From a virus, in IMG/VR virus record IMGVR_UViG_3300037245_001320, positions 90,019 through 154,018 of that record: 64,000 nt of DNA. One strand, written 5' to 3'. How positions within the stretch are numbered: position 1 is the first letter of the stretch; each line of letters starts with the position of its first letter. This document shows, piece by piece, positions 30,344 to 40,746 of the stretch. Under the pieces are notes generated by a model. The model saw only the letters and a list, made by a program, of their open reading frames with translations, was not told where the DNA came from and did no database searches. Made by a program: the position numbers and the translations under genes.

Positions 30344-30799
30344 TTATTTTAATCCTGGTACTGCATCTTTGGCTTTAACTGTAGCATCAGCATAAAATTC
30401 GTTATACCTATCAGACATCATCATCTTTAACAACTCTTTATTACCTAGATAAGTTGTTACTAATGCTTTAACAGTATCGTATGTGTATTCTGCCTCAGCT
30501 CTATCGCCTCTAGCTTGTATAACCTTAGAATGACTATTACAGTAGGCTGTCATTGCCGCACCCGTAATCTTGATAGTAGGTTCACCATTTACGGGAATCT
30601 TCCCTAAGATATGGGTCTCCATCTCTATTCTACCTAAAACAGCTTTAACATTATCTTTCGCTATCTCTAATGATTTTAATGCGTCTGCTCTTCTTGGAAA
30701 TATGGATCCTGCCATGGCACTATGTTTAATTGCTTCATCTGTTACATTGTGTAACTTGGAAATTTTTAAATCTTCGAATGATACTAAATCTTTACTCAT
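30344..30799 (-). CDS. UvsY-like recombination mediator (tentative)
   Basis: Helical ~150-aa protein next to SSB and RecA. Confidence 0.5.
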   Translation of the reverse strand: MSKDLVSFEDLKISKLHNVTDEAIKHSAMAGSIFPRRADALKSLEIAKDNVKAVLGRIEMETHILGKIPVNGEPTIKITGAAMTAYCNSHSKVIQARGDRAEAEYTYDTVKALVTTYLGNKELLKMMMSDRYNEFYADATVKAKDAVPGLK

Positions 30800-31116
30800 T
30801 AATTACTTTCCCTCTCCGCTCTTGCTTCTTCCTTTAAAGTAATAAGTCTATCAATAGCATTCTCTTCTGTTCTATCCTCTTTTAATAAAGCCTTCACTTC
30901 TAGATCAATCTGCTTCTTAATCTCTTTACCAAATACTTTCTTATCTTCATCTCTAGGACAAAACTCTTCACAGTACTGATTTTTAGCATCTGTTATTCCT
31001 GATGTTAATGCTGAAATATCCTCTTTAGTATCTGCAATTACTCTAACCAACTTCTTTAATACATCTAGCTGATCTTGTGCCGTGTATTCCTTATTACTCT
31101 TCCCTTTAAAAATCAT
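30799..31116 (-). CDS. Small coiled-coil dsDNA-binding protein (T4 DsbA/GapR-like, tentative)
   Basis: Size, heptad pattern and context. Confidence 0.35.
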   Translation of the reverse strand: MIFKGKSNKEYTAQDQLDVLKKLVRVIADTKEDISALTSGITDAKNQYCEEFCPRDEDKKVFGKEIKKQIDLEVKALLKEDRTEENAIDRLITLKEEARAERESN

Positions 31117-31649
31117 CCTTACTCTCCTCTTGTTCTCTTTCTCTTCTTATCTTTATAGTGGTATAAGCTATCTACTCCACTACAATCTTCATCTGCTATT
31201 TCACTACTTGTTATTAACCTGTCATTCTCTGATAGAACCCTTAAATAAGTTATAGCTTGATCCAATGGCATATCCCTATCAAACTTCTTCACAATATCCC
31301 AAGCTGTAACTCCCCTTGGAGGAATCATGTAGGCTTTATTTGTAATAGGATCTATAACAGTTTCTCCTGTTTCAGGATCTTCTAGAGGACCACCTCTCAT
31401 GTACTTCTTCAATCGACTTTTCAATTTCTTATTCTTTGTCAGAGTTTACTCCTTTATAGATTACTACATCAGTTACTTTGTTAATAGAGATAATCAACTT
31501 AGTCTTATGTTGAATAGGTAAGAGTTCTTTTATTCTATCTATATTTTCCTCTTCCATCTCAGCATTTACATAATCTGTATGATCTATTAAGATAATAATT
31601 TCTGTGAAGTATTTGTCATTCTTACATACTTGTAGTTCTAGTGTTGTCA

Positions 31650-32096
31650 TTAGTGACTCCCTGTACTGCCATAAGCTCCTGATCCTCTTTCTGTTTCCTT
31701 ATTTAAAGAATCTACTTTTTTAAATACTGCCTCTGTTGTGGGAGCATAAACACCTTGACAAACTCTCATTCCGTGAGTTACATAAAATGGTTTATCCCCT
31801 TCATTTCTAAGGATAATTCCAACTTCTCCCACGTAATCTTCATCAATTGTAGCAGTTCCCTGGGCAATAATCAAACCATGCTTTTTAGTTAAGCCTGATC
31901 TTGATCTTAATTGGACTTCATATCCTTCATAAATACCCATTTTAATACCAGAAGGTACAGTTACTGCTTCCCCTATACCTATTCTAATGTCTTCATTAGG
32001 TGTGAATGCTTTTAAATCGAAGCCTGATGATTGTTTTGTGCCATATTCAGGCATGAACTCTTTTGTTTCTATTAGTAATTCTTTTTGATCTCTCAA
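31650..32096 (-). CDS. dut: Trimeric dUTPase
   Basis: SGFDL, RSGL, TIDEDYVGE, RVCQ, RGSGAYGSTG. Confidence 0.92.
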   Translation of the reverse strand: MRDQKELLIETKEFMPEYGTKQSSGFDLKAFTPNEDIRIGIGEAVTVPSGIKMGIYEGYEVQLRSRSGLTKKHGLIIAQGTATIDEDYVGEVGIILRNEGDKPFYVTHGMRVCQGVYAPTTEAVFKKVDSLNKETERGSGAYGSTGSH

Positions 32097-32128
32097 TAAT
32101 TCTCTCCTCTTTATTATTAAAATATGTA

Positions 32129-32209
32129 TGGATCTTATCCGACTCGAACGGATGACTTCATGAGAGCATTACCTTTGATCATGATTTCTACCAACTGAAT
32201 TAAAGACCC
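32129..32209 (-). tRNA. tRNA-like element with an expanded 15-nt anticodon loop (no assignable anticodon)
   Basis: Acceptor GGGTCTT/AAGATCC, D-loop AGTTGGTA, stem CATGA/TCATG, T-arm ATCCG-TTCGAGT-CGGAT. Confidence 0.8.
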
Positions 32210-32211
32210 GT

Positions 32212-32682
32212 ATGTTAGATTTTCACAGCGAATCCTCCCCAAACTGGCTAAAGTATTTACAACCCTTGAGCAATGAGTTGGTCCTTTTCCTTATTTTATT
32301 TACGAGAGTTTTAAAAGGTCTTCTAAACGTACTCTCTTTATTAAATCAATTTTTGTGCTCTTGGTTTTTATTCCAACTCATAGTCTTTCCTCTGATCGTC
32401 ATAAGGGTTTCTCTGTTACTCCCTTAACTCTCAACCTCTTTTAAAGCAATAGGCGTGCATCAACGCCTCGGTTTACTTAATGGAAGGGTTATTAATCTCC
32501 CACCTTACTCCTGACCTGCGAAGTAAGCTCTCGCTTTAATTCTCATGCTTCCTCCTTTATATTGTCTTATCTTAATAATTGTAGTATATCCCTTATGTCC
32601 CATATACCAGAGGCTGACACAACGCTTATTGTCACGACACCAATTATTAAAAAGTTTATTTATTATTTGTTACTCTTGACTT
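32212..32682 (-). ncRNA. Candidate large structured non-coding RNA
   Basis: No long ORF on the transcribed strand; at least ten nested helices; own promoter; abuts the tRNA-like element. Confidence 0.65.
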
Positions 32683-32687
32683 AAAAC

Positions 32688-32716
32688 AGTATACCACACT
32701 TTCAAGTAAAAGTCAA
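32688..32716 (-). promoter_or_regulatory. Sigma70-type promoter TTGACT-17-TATACT with TG extension
   Basis: Consensus boxes; directly upstream of the ncRNA/tRNA unit. Confidence 0.8.
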
Positions 32717-32872
32717 CCCCTTTTCGGAATATTTCTCAATTATTTTTTCAATTGTTATATCTTCTGGTAAATCCTTTAAAATAATGCCTTCTAAACGACA
32801 GCTCTCCCGATAATTATCCTTTCTAACCTTCCTAATGAATTCTGCTTTCTCTTCAAAAGTCTTGTTAATCAT
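32702..32872 (-). CDS. FicA/YhfG-like antitoxin (56 aa, not in the ORF track)
   Basis: MINKTFEEKAEFIRKVRKDNYRESCRLEG...; contains the S-x-x-x-E-G inhibitory motif. Confidence 0.6.
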   Translation of the reverse strand: MINKTFEEKAEFIRKVRKDNYRESCRLEGIILKDLPEDITIEKIIEKYSEKGLTFT

Positions 32873-33067
32873 TCTCTAAAATATCCAACACTTCTTTTAA
32901 TGTCTTAACTCTTTCTGTAGCTAGATGTAAGTTATCTAAGGCTACCTGTTTTAAACCGCCCATTTCATGAGTAGCATTATTGTAAACATCTTTACACATG
33001 TTCTCTCTTTCTATACCTTTCTCATAGAGTGTTCTTATTTTATTTAGTTTTTGTTTCATCTGTTCTC

Positions 33068-33574
33068 CTAATTATTTATTATTAAGAAATTTTTATATAG
33101 TCTTGGAGTAATATCTCTCTGACTATAGATCCTTCTTAATATTTGTATAAGTGATTTATTATCTCTTTTATACAATCTATAAATTCTTACTGATAAAGGA
33201 GCTTGTACATAAAGTATTAAATCACACTTTTCAAGTAAGGTTGATTTATGTAAAACAGCTCCGTTTAATATGCTGCTTCCTTGAATATCTTCTAAAACTT
33301 GTTTTGTTATTAAAGGATGAACAAAGTCGTTTAAAACTTTCATAGCTCTTTTTGATTTAAATACTATCTTAGATAATTCCTTGGGATTCCTATACTGATT
33401 AAAAGGTACACCACACGTAGTGAGTAATTCACAACTTATAGCAAACATGTTTTCATCCACTATCTTATGTCCGTACAAATCTAAATCAAAATGAGTATGT
33501 CCTGTTTTCTCACTTAGTTTCTCAGAGATATAATTCTTACCTGATCCTGATTTTCCCACAATACCTATATTCAT
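33068..33574 (-). CDS. coaE: Dephospho-CoA kinase
   Basis: IGIVGKSGSGKN, D.D..GH, L..IVF...L..FVHP, R..R..KRD. Confidence 0.8.
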   Translation of the reverse strand: MNIGIVGKSGSGKNYISEKLSEKTGHTHFDLDLYGHKIVDENMFAISCELLTTCGVPFNQYRNPKELSKIVFKSKRAMKVLNDFVHPLITKQVLEDIQGSSILNGAVLHKSTLLEKCDLILYVQAPLSVRIYRLYKRDNKSLIQILRRIYSQRDITPRLYKNFLIINN

Positions 33575-34527
33575 GACAGATATTTCTCATATGCTTTTAC
33601 ACCAAATTCCTGTAATGATCTAATCATGGATGAAGAAATATGTTGTAGCTCAGGTTTACATGTAAAATAAACAACAGGGTTATTAAAACCTGCATCAATT
33701 AAAGTCTGCTTCAAAGCTATCTCACTAGTTAAATCCTCTGTATTCCTTAATCCTCTTATCAGTGAATAGTTATTATCTTTAAATACATCCACTAATAAAC
33801 CATCATAGGAAATAAACTCCTGAATAGGATTTGCTATGTAGTAGGATTGTACTTTATCTCTGTTATGTCCTTGAGCAATAATAACCTTATCAAAAACTCC
33901 CTCAGCTTGTGTAACAATATCTTCATGACCTATATGAAAAGGATTAAAACTTCCTGCATACACTCCTATCTTGTACTGCTTATTAGTTACATAATTTATT
34001 AAAAAATCACAACTAATATACTCATCCTCACTAGATGTAAAATTATCTTGGTACTTTTTAAGGAATTCTAATCTTCCTTCTTTGTATTCCTCTAATGAGA
34101 ACTTCTGATACTCATAAAAAATAGCATCTTCATATTGTATAAGCTTACAACCTTCTTCTTTGAATATAGCTGTATCTGCTTGAACAATCCAATTCTTATT
34201 ATTATCTTCAAAATCTGCATAGTGCTTCTTTGTAGCTCTAATTAACTCTGCTACATACTGTCTATCAAAATCATTATCATCAGTATAGCAACTGTTACGA
34301 TTAGGATCGCTATGTCTCAACCATGCCATTGCGGATCTTTCTTCATTATCATCTCTGGAAGGATCATATATAAAGTCATGCCATACGATAGCATTAAATA
34401 AATGTTCATTCTGCGTTGGTCTGTTCAAACCACAGTATTCCAACATATTATAGATGTGCTGTATTGTATGAAATCTTCTGTGTGGTTCTGCATATGCTTT
34501 TAATACTTCTTCTGGTATATAACTCAT
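33571..34527 (-). CDS. coaD: HD-domain hydrolase fused to phosphopantetheine adenylyltransferase
   Basis: Y.EPHR.FH..H..WHD..YDP..NEE.SA; GSFNPFHIGH, IRGLR..D..E, HISSSMIR. Confidence 0.85.
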   Translation of the reverse strand: MSYIPEEVLKAYAEPHRRFHTIQHIYNMLEYCGLNRPTQNEHLFNAIVWHDFIYDPSRDDNEERSAMAWLRHSDPNRNSCYTDDNDFDRQYVAELIRATKKHYADFEDNNKNWIVQADTAIFKEEGCKLIQYEDAIFYEYQKFSLEEYKEGRLEFLKKYQDNFTSSEDEYISCDFLINYVTNKQYKIGVYAGSFNPFHIGHEDIVTQAEGVFDKVIIAQGHNRDKVQSYYIANPIQEFISYDGLLVDVFKDNNYSLIRGLRNTEDLTSEIALKQTLIDAGFNNPVVYFTCKPELQHISSSMIRSLQEFGVKAYEKYLS

Positions 34528-34754
34528 TATATTATCTCCTTTTTAATTAACAGGGTGAAGTACTAAACTTCTTTTCTGTTTCTTTAATTCTTCCCAATCT
34601 TCTTCTGTGTAACAAGCTTCATCTGCTGTCCATTGCATTGATAATACATCTCCTGACCAAGTAGAATCAGGAAGATACACACAATCTTTGTCTCCACCAG
34701 ATAAAGGACTGTATCCATTACCCTCTGAATCTTTTAATAGACTTCTTAGTTCTT

Positions 34755-35333
34755 TTACATCCATCTAAGTAGTTCCTTCATCTTATAGGCAACAGCTCTA
34801 GTTAATACAATATCATCCATGGCATTATGTAAATTCTCCGTATTTAAGTCAAAATGTTTCCCTAAAGTTTCTAGTTTAGAATTCTCTAGTTGAGGAATCT
34901 TGCCTGCCCATTGTAAAAAAGCTAAAGACTGATAAGTATCTATAAACTTTCCTGCCTGCACCCATGAAAACCAATAAGGATCGCCACAATGTTCAAAATA
35001 ACTTTTCATCATGTTACTGTCGAAGATAACGTTTTGGCCTGCCAGCAAGAACTTATCTTCTTTCTTGTAAGGAGATACAAACTCTTTCATAAAAGCTAGG
35101 ATATCTTGACGCACTTGTTCCCTTGGCCTAAAGCTTTGTATCTGTTCGAGGGTGAATCCATTAACTTCCAGTGCCCCTTGCTCTATTTCTGTTCCAACTG
35201 GATTCATTTCAAAGTACTCTTTACCTTCAATTTTGCCATCAATCTCGGCTATTAAAGCAAGAGATATAATCCCATTCTTATTAAAATCCAAGCCTCCTGT
35301 TTCTGTATCACACCATAACAATTTTTCACTCAT
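34755..35333 (-). CDS. DEDDh 3'-5' exonuclease
   Basis: DTETGG, N..FD, HNAMDD. Confidence 0.88.
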   Translation of the reverse strand: MSEKLLWCDTETGGLDFNKNGIISLALIAEIDGKIEGKEYFEMNPVGTEIEQGALEVNGFTLEQIQSFRPREQVRQDILAFMKEFVSPYKKEDKFLLAGQNVIFDSNMMKSYFEHCGDPYWFSWVQAGKFIDTYQSLAFLQWAGKIPQLENSKLETLGKHFDLNTENLHNAMDDIVLTRAVAYKMKELLRWM

Positions 35334-37145
35334 TTTCCAAATCCTCCATAATCCCCATCTAAAACATCTGATACAAGAACATAATCAAGATTACTTTTAA
35401 CAACTATAGGGTTAATGTTTATTTCAATCCACTCACTCATACCTGTCATTTCCTCAAACTCTTCTAACATATGTTTTATGGTATAGTCACAATAACTAAC
35501 ATCCATACTTCTAAGGAAAACAAATCTTGTTACCCAGTATGAAAAAGCAGAATAAGTATCTAGTTTATTTGTAATTTGTTCAGACAAACCCTCTAATACA
35601 TGGTAGTGCTCCATTAAGTATTCTAATGTTACCTTCATTTCTTTCGATTCTTCTAATCTTATATCTATAACTAAACCTGCTATAGTTTGTATACTAAAAT
35701 GTCTCATCCTTCAAACTCCTCTTTTCCCTTTAGGAATACCTCATATCTTCTTTTCTTATCAAACAATTCTCTTTCCTCTAACTGCTTAATCCTCTGCTCT
35801 AATGCTTCAGGTGTTTTTGATGGACAAGATAATCCGATAACTATATCAGTGCCTTCTTCCCATTCAATAGGTTCTTCCCAAGCGTCTACTTCAATAGCTT
35901 CATATGTTAATCCAAGATGGTTTTTAATCATTTCATCAGCTACATCTAGTATATCAGACAAAGTACCACCATTCCAAACTCTTTCTGAGTACTCCGTTGC
36001 ATTCTGTATTAAATCTTCTTTAGCTTGTTTTACTATTACTTCTTTCTCTTGTTCTGTTAATTCAAACTTCATTTATTATCCTCTACATAGATGTACCCTT
36101 CAGAACAGTTAGGTAAATTAAGATATTTAGTCAAAAATGGTATAACCTCTGTTGTGCATGGATTTACTGGTTGTGGATCTTTAGTATAAAATAAACACTG
36201 CTTTGGACAAATATTACCTGTGTACTCTTTGGCTACTATTGCTTTAGTTATTTGTATCATCTTATTTCTCCTTCCCAAATTTATTAGCTATCTTCTTAAT
36301 AGTTATTTGTCTTTTTAAACTCTTGATCTGTCTTCGTAAAGGAATTGTTTCCTCATGATAAGCAGATCTCATTCCTTGCCCTGGAGAAACCATCCAACCT
36401 AAATCACTCTCAGCTTTCTTTAAAGTACTTTCTAGATCCTCTAGTGTTGGTTTATACTCTGTATTATCTGGAAAATCTATGTAAACCCTATTTCCATAAG
36501 GTGCTTTGTATGGTTTATCAAATATTGTCATGGTGTTACCTCCCATTGTTCTCCTTCTTTCTCTTTCCATCCACAATCGTAACATATTCTGGTAGACCAT
36601 GGACTTCTGTACTCTGCATATATTTTAGTATTCTTACACTTGGGACAACATCCTATTGGCTTTATTTTAGGCTGTGGTTTCTCATACTCATTAACCACCT
36701 CCCTAGCTAATGTAATAGCACAGTCCTCTTTATGTTGTATCATATGTTCGTTCAAACTAAAATGGTATTTTTTACAAATTGGACATGAAATAGTATCTCC
36801 TGTCATCCCACCAGAGTTTTCATTATATTCTATATTTTCTACTAAGGCTTTGCTTATTTGGTAGTTTATTTTTTTAATCATCTAATCTCCCTCCTGATCG
36901 TAACTACTAAAGAAGTCATCTACTAAAACAATTTCTCCTTGTGTGTACGTGTCTTTCTCTGTTTTCATAAAGTGCTCTAATCTTAGTTTAATATCGTTCT
37001 GATACATTTTTGTTTCATCTTCATTCATTTCTTCTAGATATAGTTTGAACTCTTCTTTACATTCCCAACATACATAACCTACACCATCTACATAGGTATC
37101 ACACATTATACTTTCACAATTATTTCTGTGACATGTTTTTAATCA
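35330..37145 (-). other. Cluster of small hypothetical genes, several with Cys-rich Zn fingers
   Basis: Contiguous ORFs. Confidence 0.55.
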
Positions 37146-37247
37146 CATATTATTCTCTCCTCTCAAAAATATGCGTTAGAGTCGCATCCCTCCGTCTAAC
37201 CTCACCAAAGTTAGTCTATATTCATTCAGTTAAATATAGACAAATCA

Positions 37248-37308
37248 ATAGGAATTGAACCTACGACTTCTTACCAAACCTCTACGAACGAGTTGGAATC
37301 GAACCTAC
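37248..37308 (-). pseudogene. Two degenerate tRNA T-arm remnants
   Basis: GTAGG-TTCGATT-CCAAC and AAGTC-GTAGG-TTCAATT-CCTAT. Confidence 0.5.
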
Positions 37309-37312
37309 ATTC

Positions 37313-37387
37313 TACCTATAGATGGGCTTGAACCATCGACCCTCTGGATATGAGCCAGATACTCTAAACCAACTGAGCTATATAGGT
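37313..37387 (-). tRNA. tRNA with CAT anticodon (Met or Ile2)
   Basis: Full cloverleaf: ACCTATA/TATAGGT; TCTGG-CTCATAT-CCAGA; GATGG-TTCAAGC-CCATC. Confidence 0.92.
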
Positions 37388-37923
37388 GTGCTATTTTTAT
37401 AAATCTTCCTTTACCTAAACTCTATATCTTATTGTTACATATGGAGTAGGTGCTACACTTGCAGTTGTCCATGAACCTATTCTTATATCTTCACATGATA
37501 AGTTAGGGTTAGCAGACATTATATCATTACATAATTCTCTTAAGTCTCCATATGATATTGTGTTGTGCAATTGAATTTCTTTTTCTTCCATATTTATTTT
37601 ATTCATTTGTTTCTCCTTACACACAATCAGAACAAGCGTCCCATTGTAATTCCTTTTCTAATTTATCACAGATAATATTCCAATCCTCTATAGTCAAACA
37701 GTAATCGTCCATAGTCTTTCCATCAGGATTATCTGTTCTTTTAAAATAACAGGGATCACATGTATAAGAATCCTCATCACAAGTCCATTCAGAAGATTCA
37801 TACACTATTTTACCAAACATTGTGTGTTCTGCATCTAGTCCATCTATCTTAAATTCATATCTGCCATTACAATCGTTAGCTTCTATAAGTAAATCCATAC
37901 TACTTCTCCTCTCAACTGTTTAT

Positions 37924-37952
37924 ACTATAATATATTTAGTAATTGTTGTCAA
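37924..37952 (-). promoter_or_regulatory. Early promoter TTGACA-17-TATAGT
   Basis: Consensus; related copies at 40410-40438 and 41504-41532. Confidence 0.75.
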
Positions 37953-38357
37953 CCCTTTATTGGAACTTTTTACCATTTAAATTGAACTGGTGTCTTAAGG
38001 CATTTGGATCCTTTCTACCTTTATTCTTTTCTAAGGGATCGAACGTACATGTAGTAAGAAGATTTTCTTTGGCTGTGAACTCTAATACAGCTAATTGCTC
38101 CATTCTAGAAGTTGGCAACCCTAAATATTCTTTTCTAATATACCGTTTGGCTTCTGCCAGCTCTTTTTTCTCAGCTTCTTTTGTGTAAGCATGATTCCCA
38201 TAAGATAAGTCCATAGTCTTTGCAAACTGAGCCATTTTAAGAGAAGAAGTTTTACCAATATAACTTGGTCCAACCATTACTACTATGTGTTCCTTCTTAA
38301 TGTTCCCAGATAATTCTAATCCTTCTGCTTCAAAATCTATTGCTATTTCGTTTGCTT

Positions 38358-38605
38358 TCATATTTTATATCTCCTTTGAATTAAATTATGTAAAGGTGTT
38401 TCTTCATAGGTTTGTAATTTATTATTAAACTCTTTTAATTTATCCTCTTCTCTCTGTTTTAAATAATGTGGATCTTTAAGTTTATTTATCCACCATTGTA
38501 AAAATGAAAGTGTTAAAGTAGGTTTCTATAGGAACTGTAAAATCCATATACAGGCTCTTTTAAACAGTTTTCATAGAAATATTCAAAGTGTTTGTTTACT
38601 TTCAT
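38358..38605 (-). pseudogene. Frameshifted hypothetical gene
   Basis: MKVNKH..YRN stops; the -1 frame continues as PTLTLSFLQWW to a stop overlapping the next ATG. Confidence 0.45.
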
Positions 38606-39156
38606 AGTTCTTCTAAAATCCTTAAACAATCAATACAAGTATTATAGGAGCTCCTGTGGATTGTGGCTTCTGTGTTGTATTCTGCTCTTTCATCAGGACT
38701 TAAATCTTCTATAGAAGTGTTCTGTCTAAGGTAAGAATTAACACCTCTTAATTTGCTATGATGATAATCTCTTAATTCTTTAATCTTTTTAATTTTATCT
38801 ATCATTTGACCAACTCCCAAATACACTCACCGAAGTCTAATAAGAATTCCCCTTCTAGCATATCTATTTGTATTGCGTTCCTATCTCCATAAATTGCTTC
38901 ATCAGAGACAGTGTAGTAAGAACTTGCCCAATCAGGGAAATTATGGCTATAGTTTAAAGTCCCCATAGTATCTAAAGAAATATATCCTTCACTAACAAGT
39001 AAATCTTTCTCAACTAAAGTATCATAATAATCCTCTAGGTTCTCTTCAATATGTTTAACAACATCTGTAATAGTCCAGACCTTTTCTTTAAATCCTGATT
39101 CTAAGCTTAATTTTTTTATCATTTAGTTCTCCTTAATATTTAACTGGTATGTGCAT

Positions 39157-39185
39157 ATAATACACTATCCACTTTGTTTAGTCAA
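39157..39185 (-). promoter_or_regulatory. Early promoter TTGACT-17-TATTAT
   Basis: Consensus boxes. Confidence 0.65.
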
Positions 39186-39189
39186 GTAG

Positions 39190-40383
39190 CTACTGCACTA
39201 ATCTTTTAACTCTTTCATAATTTTCTATATCCTCTTTTGTAACTACTTCCATGCTCTCTATTCTTCTCCAGAGCTTATCCTGTCTTGTTTTTTGTTCTTC
39301 TGGATTAGTAAATCTGGTTATATTCCTAAGTAAATATTCTTTATTTTCTAACAACCATTCTTTCATTTTAATAGTATTGCAATCATATATAAGTTTATTT
39401 AGTAAATTAATTACATCTCCTGATTTCTTTAATAAAATTAACATATGCTCGGAACACTTAAATATTTCAAAATAGTCCTTTAAGTTGTTTTCTGTGAGGG
39501 CCCTGTAATCACTACTGTTATAGCCATAACAATTTGCATTTTTGGGAATACCTTCCCACTTAAAAGGGTGAGGGATATGAAGATCAGTTAATCTATTAAA
39601 AATATGAGTAAGCTCCTCCATCTTATGTCCAGATGCAAAAATGTAATCCAAACCTAACTCTTTAATAAATATCTCTGAACATGTTTCCCACCCGATCTCT
39701 CTTCCAACAGTATATCTAAATTCTTTTATTTCCTTTTCATCTAAAGTCTTTTCGTGTTCTTTACAAAAATTACAAATCTCTTCTGCTGACATAGTTACAT
39801 ATTCTCTTCTTAAAGCGTAAGTTACAATAGCTTCCTCTTTTAAAGGGGCAATACCCATATACATTAAATAATCTTTAATTTGGACAAGTGTCATATGTAT
39901 TCCTCTAATTAAACAGTAATTGTTATATTCTTTTAGTTCTTGTTTATTTTTATACACTATATTAGAGAAGGTTTTTCTAATAAAAGACGCTTCTCTTCTT
40001 TTTTTTATTTCCCCTGAATCCCACATATTTCCTCCACGACTATAGTTTACCCATTTATTGGTGTCGTGTGCCTTGTAATAAGCAACAACTTCATTGTCTA
40101 TTACTTCTCCAAGTTCAAATTTTTCTTTACTTCTATTAAATTTAATGTCCTCATCATATATCTTTTTGTTTTCTTTCAGAGATTTACCAGTGTTTGTTAT
40201 TGTACTATTCACGTAGCTTTCTAATGCTCTTTTTATTATTGTTTCTGGACAAAACTCTTTAAGGTCTTTTATTAGGTTATCTTCTGTGTAAAACATCTTA
40301 TCATCTTCATCTGATTTAAAGTTAACGTGCTTTTGTAGTTCTGTCTTTAATTTATTTATATATTGGTTTATATTTACTTCCAT
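39190..40383 (-). CDS. Hypothetical protein (397 aa)
   Basis: Own promoter and GAGGAG RBS. Confidence 0.65.
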   Translation of the reverse strand: MEVNINQYINKLKTELQKHVNFKSDEDDKMFYTEDNLIKDLKEFCPETIIKRALESYVNSTITNTGKSLKENKKIYDEDIKFNRSKEKFELGEVIDNEVVAYYKAHDTNKWVNYSRGGNMWDSGEIKKRREASFIRKTFSNIVYKNKQELKEYNNYCLIRGIHMTLVQIKDYLMYMGIAPLKEEAIVTYALRREYVTMSAEEICNFCKEHEKTLDEKEIKEFRYTVGREIGWETCSEIFIKELGLDYIFASGHKMEELTHIFNRLTDLHIPHPFKWEGIPKNANCYGYNSSDYRALTENNLKDYFEIFKCSEHMLILLKKSGDVINLLNKLIYDCNTIKMKEWLLENKEYLLRNITRFTNPEEQKTRQDKLWRRIESMEVVTKEDIENYERVKRLVQ

Positions 40384-40409
40384 ATTTAATTCTCCTCCTC
40401 AATATAAGT

Positions 40410-40438
40410 ACTATAATATATTTAGAAATTACTGTCAA
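40410..40438 (-). promoter_or_regulatory. Early promoter TTGACA-17-TATAGT
   Basis: Consensus boxes. Confidence 0.75.
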
Positions 40439-40746
40439 GTAGTTTCAACCATTTATTTTTTAATTGTTTATATCTCTCTGTTTTTATTACTTCCTTTACA
40501 GGTTGAGTTCTTACTGAAAAGATATCTCTCCCCAACCACTTTGTGAATTCCTCTTTATTCAGTGATTCTGTTTCTTCAACGCATTTAGGACAAGGAGCGT
40601 AACCTGTACCTGACGAAATATGATTATTATTTAAAACTAATACATTGGAAGCAAAAACTTTCTATACAACATTAAGGGTAACTATAATATTCCCCAAAGA
40701 CATAGAAATGAACTGTCTCTTTGGTTAGGTTTGTTTTATAGTTCAT
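40422..40746 (-). pseudogene. Disrupted Cys-rich phage gene (YP*CCI..F / GTGY.PC..C)
   Basis: In-frame TAA plus a 1-nt frameshift in a T5 run. Confidence 0.55.

Noticed and set aside
32164-32178. Expanded-loop tRNA decoding the 8-nt MTase insert
   Set aside because: Both involve 8 extra nt, but the loop is not complementary to GGAUGACUGGA.
32212-32427. 71-aa + strand ORF within the RNA locus
   Set aside because: No RBS, opposite to the promoter and the tRNA-like element, no recognisable motif.
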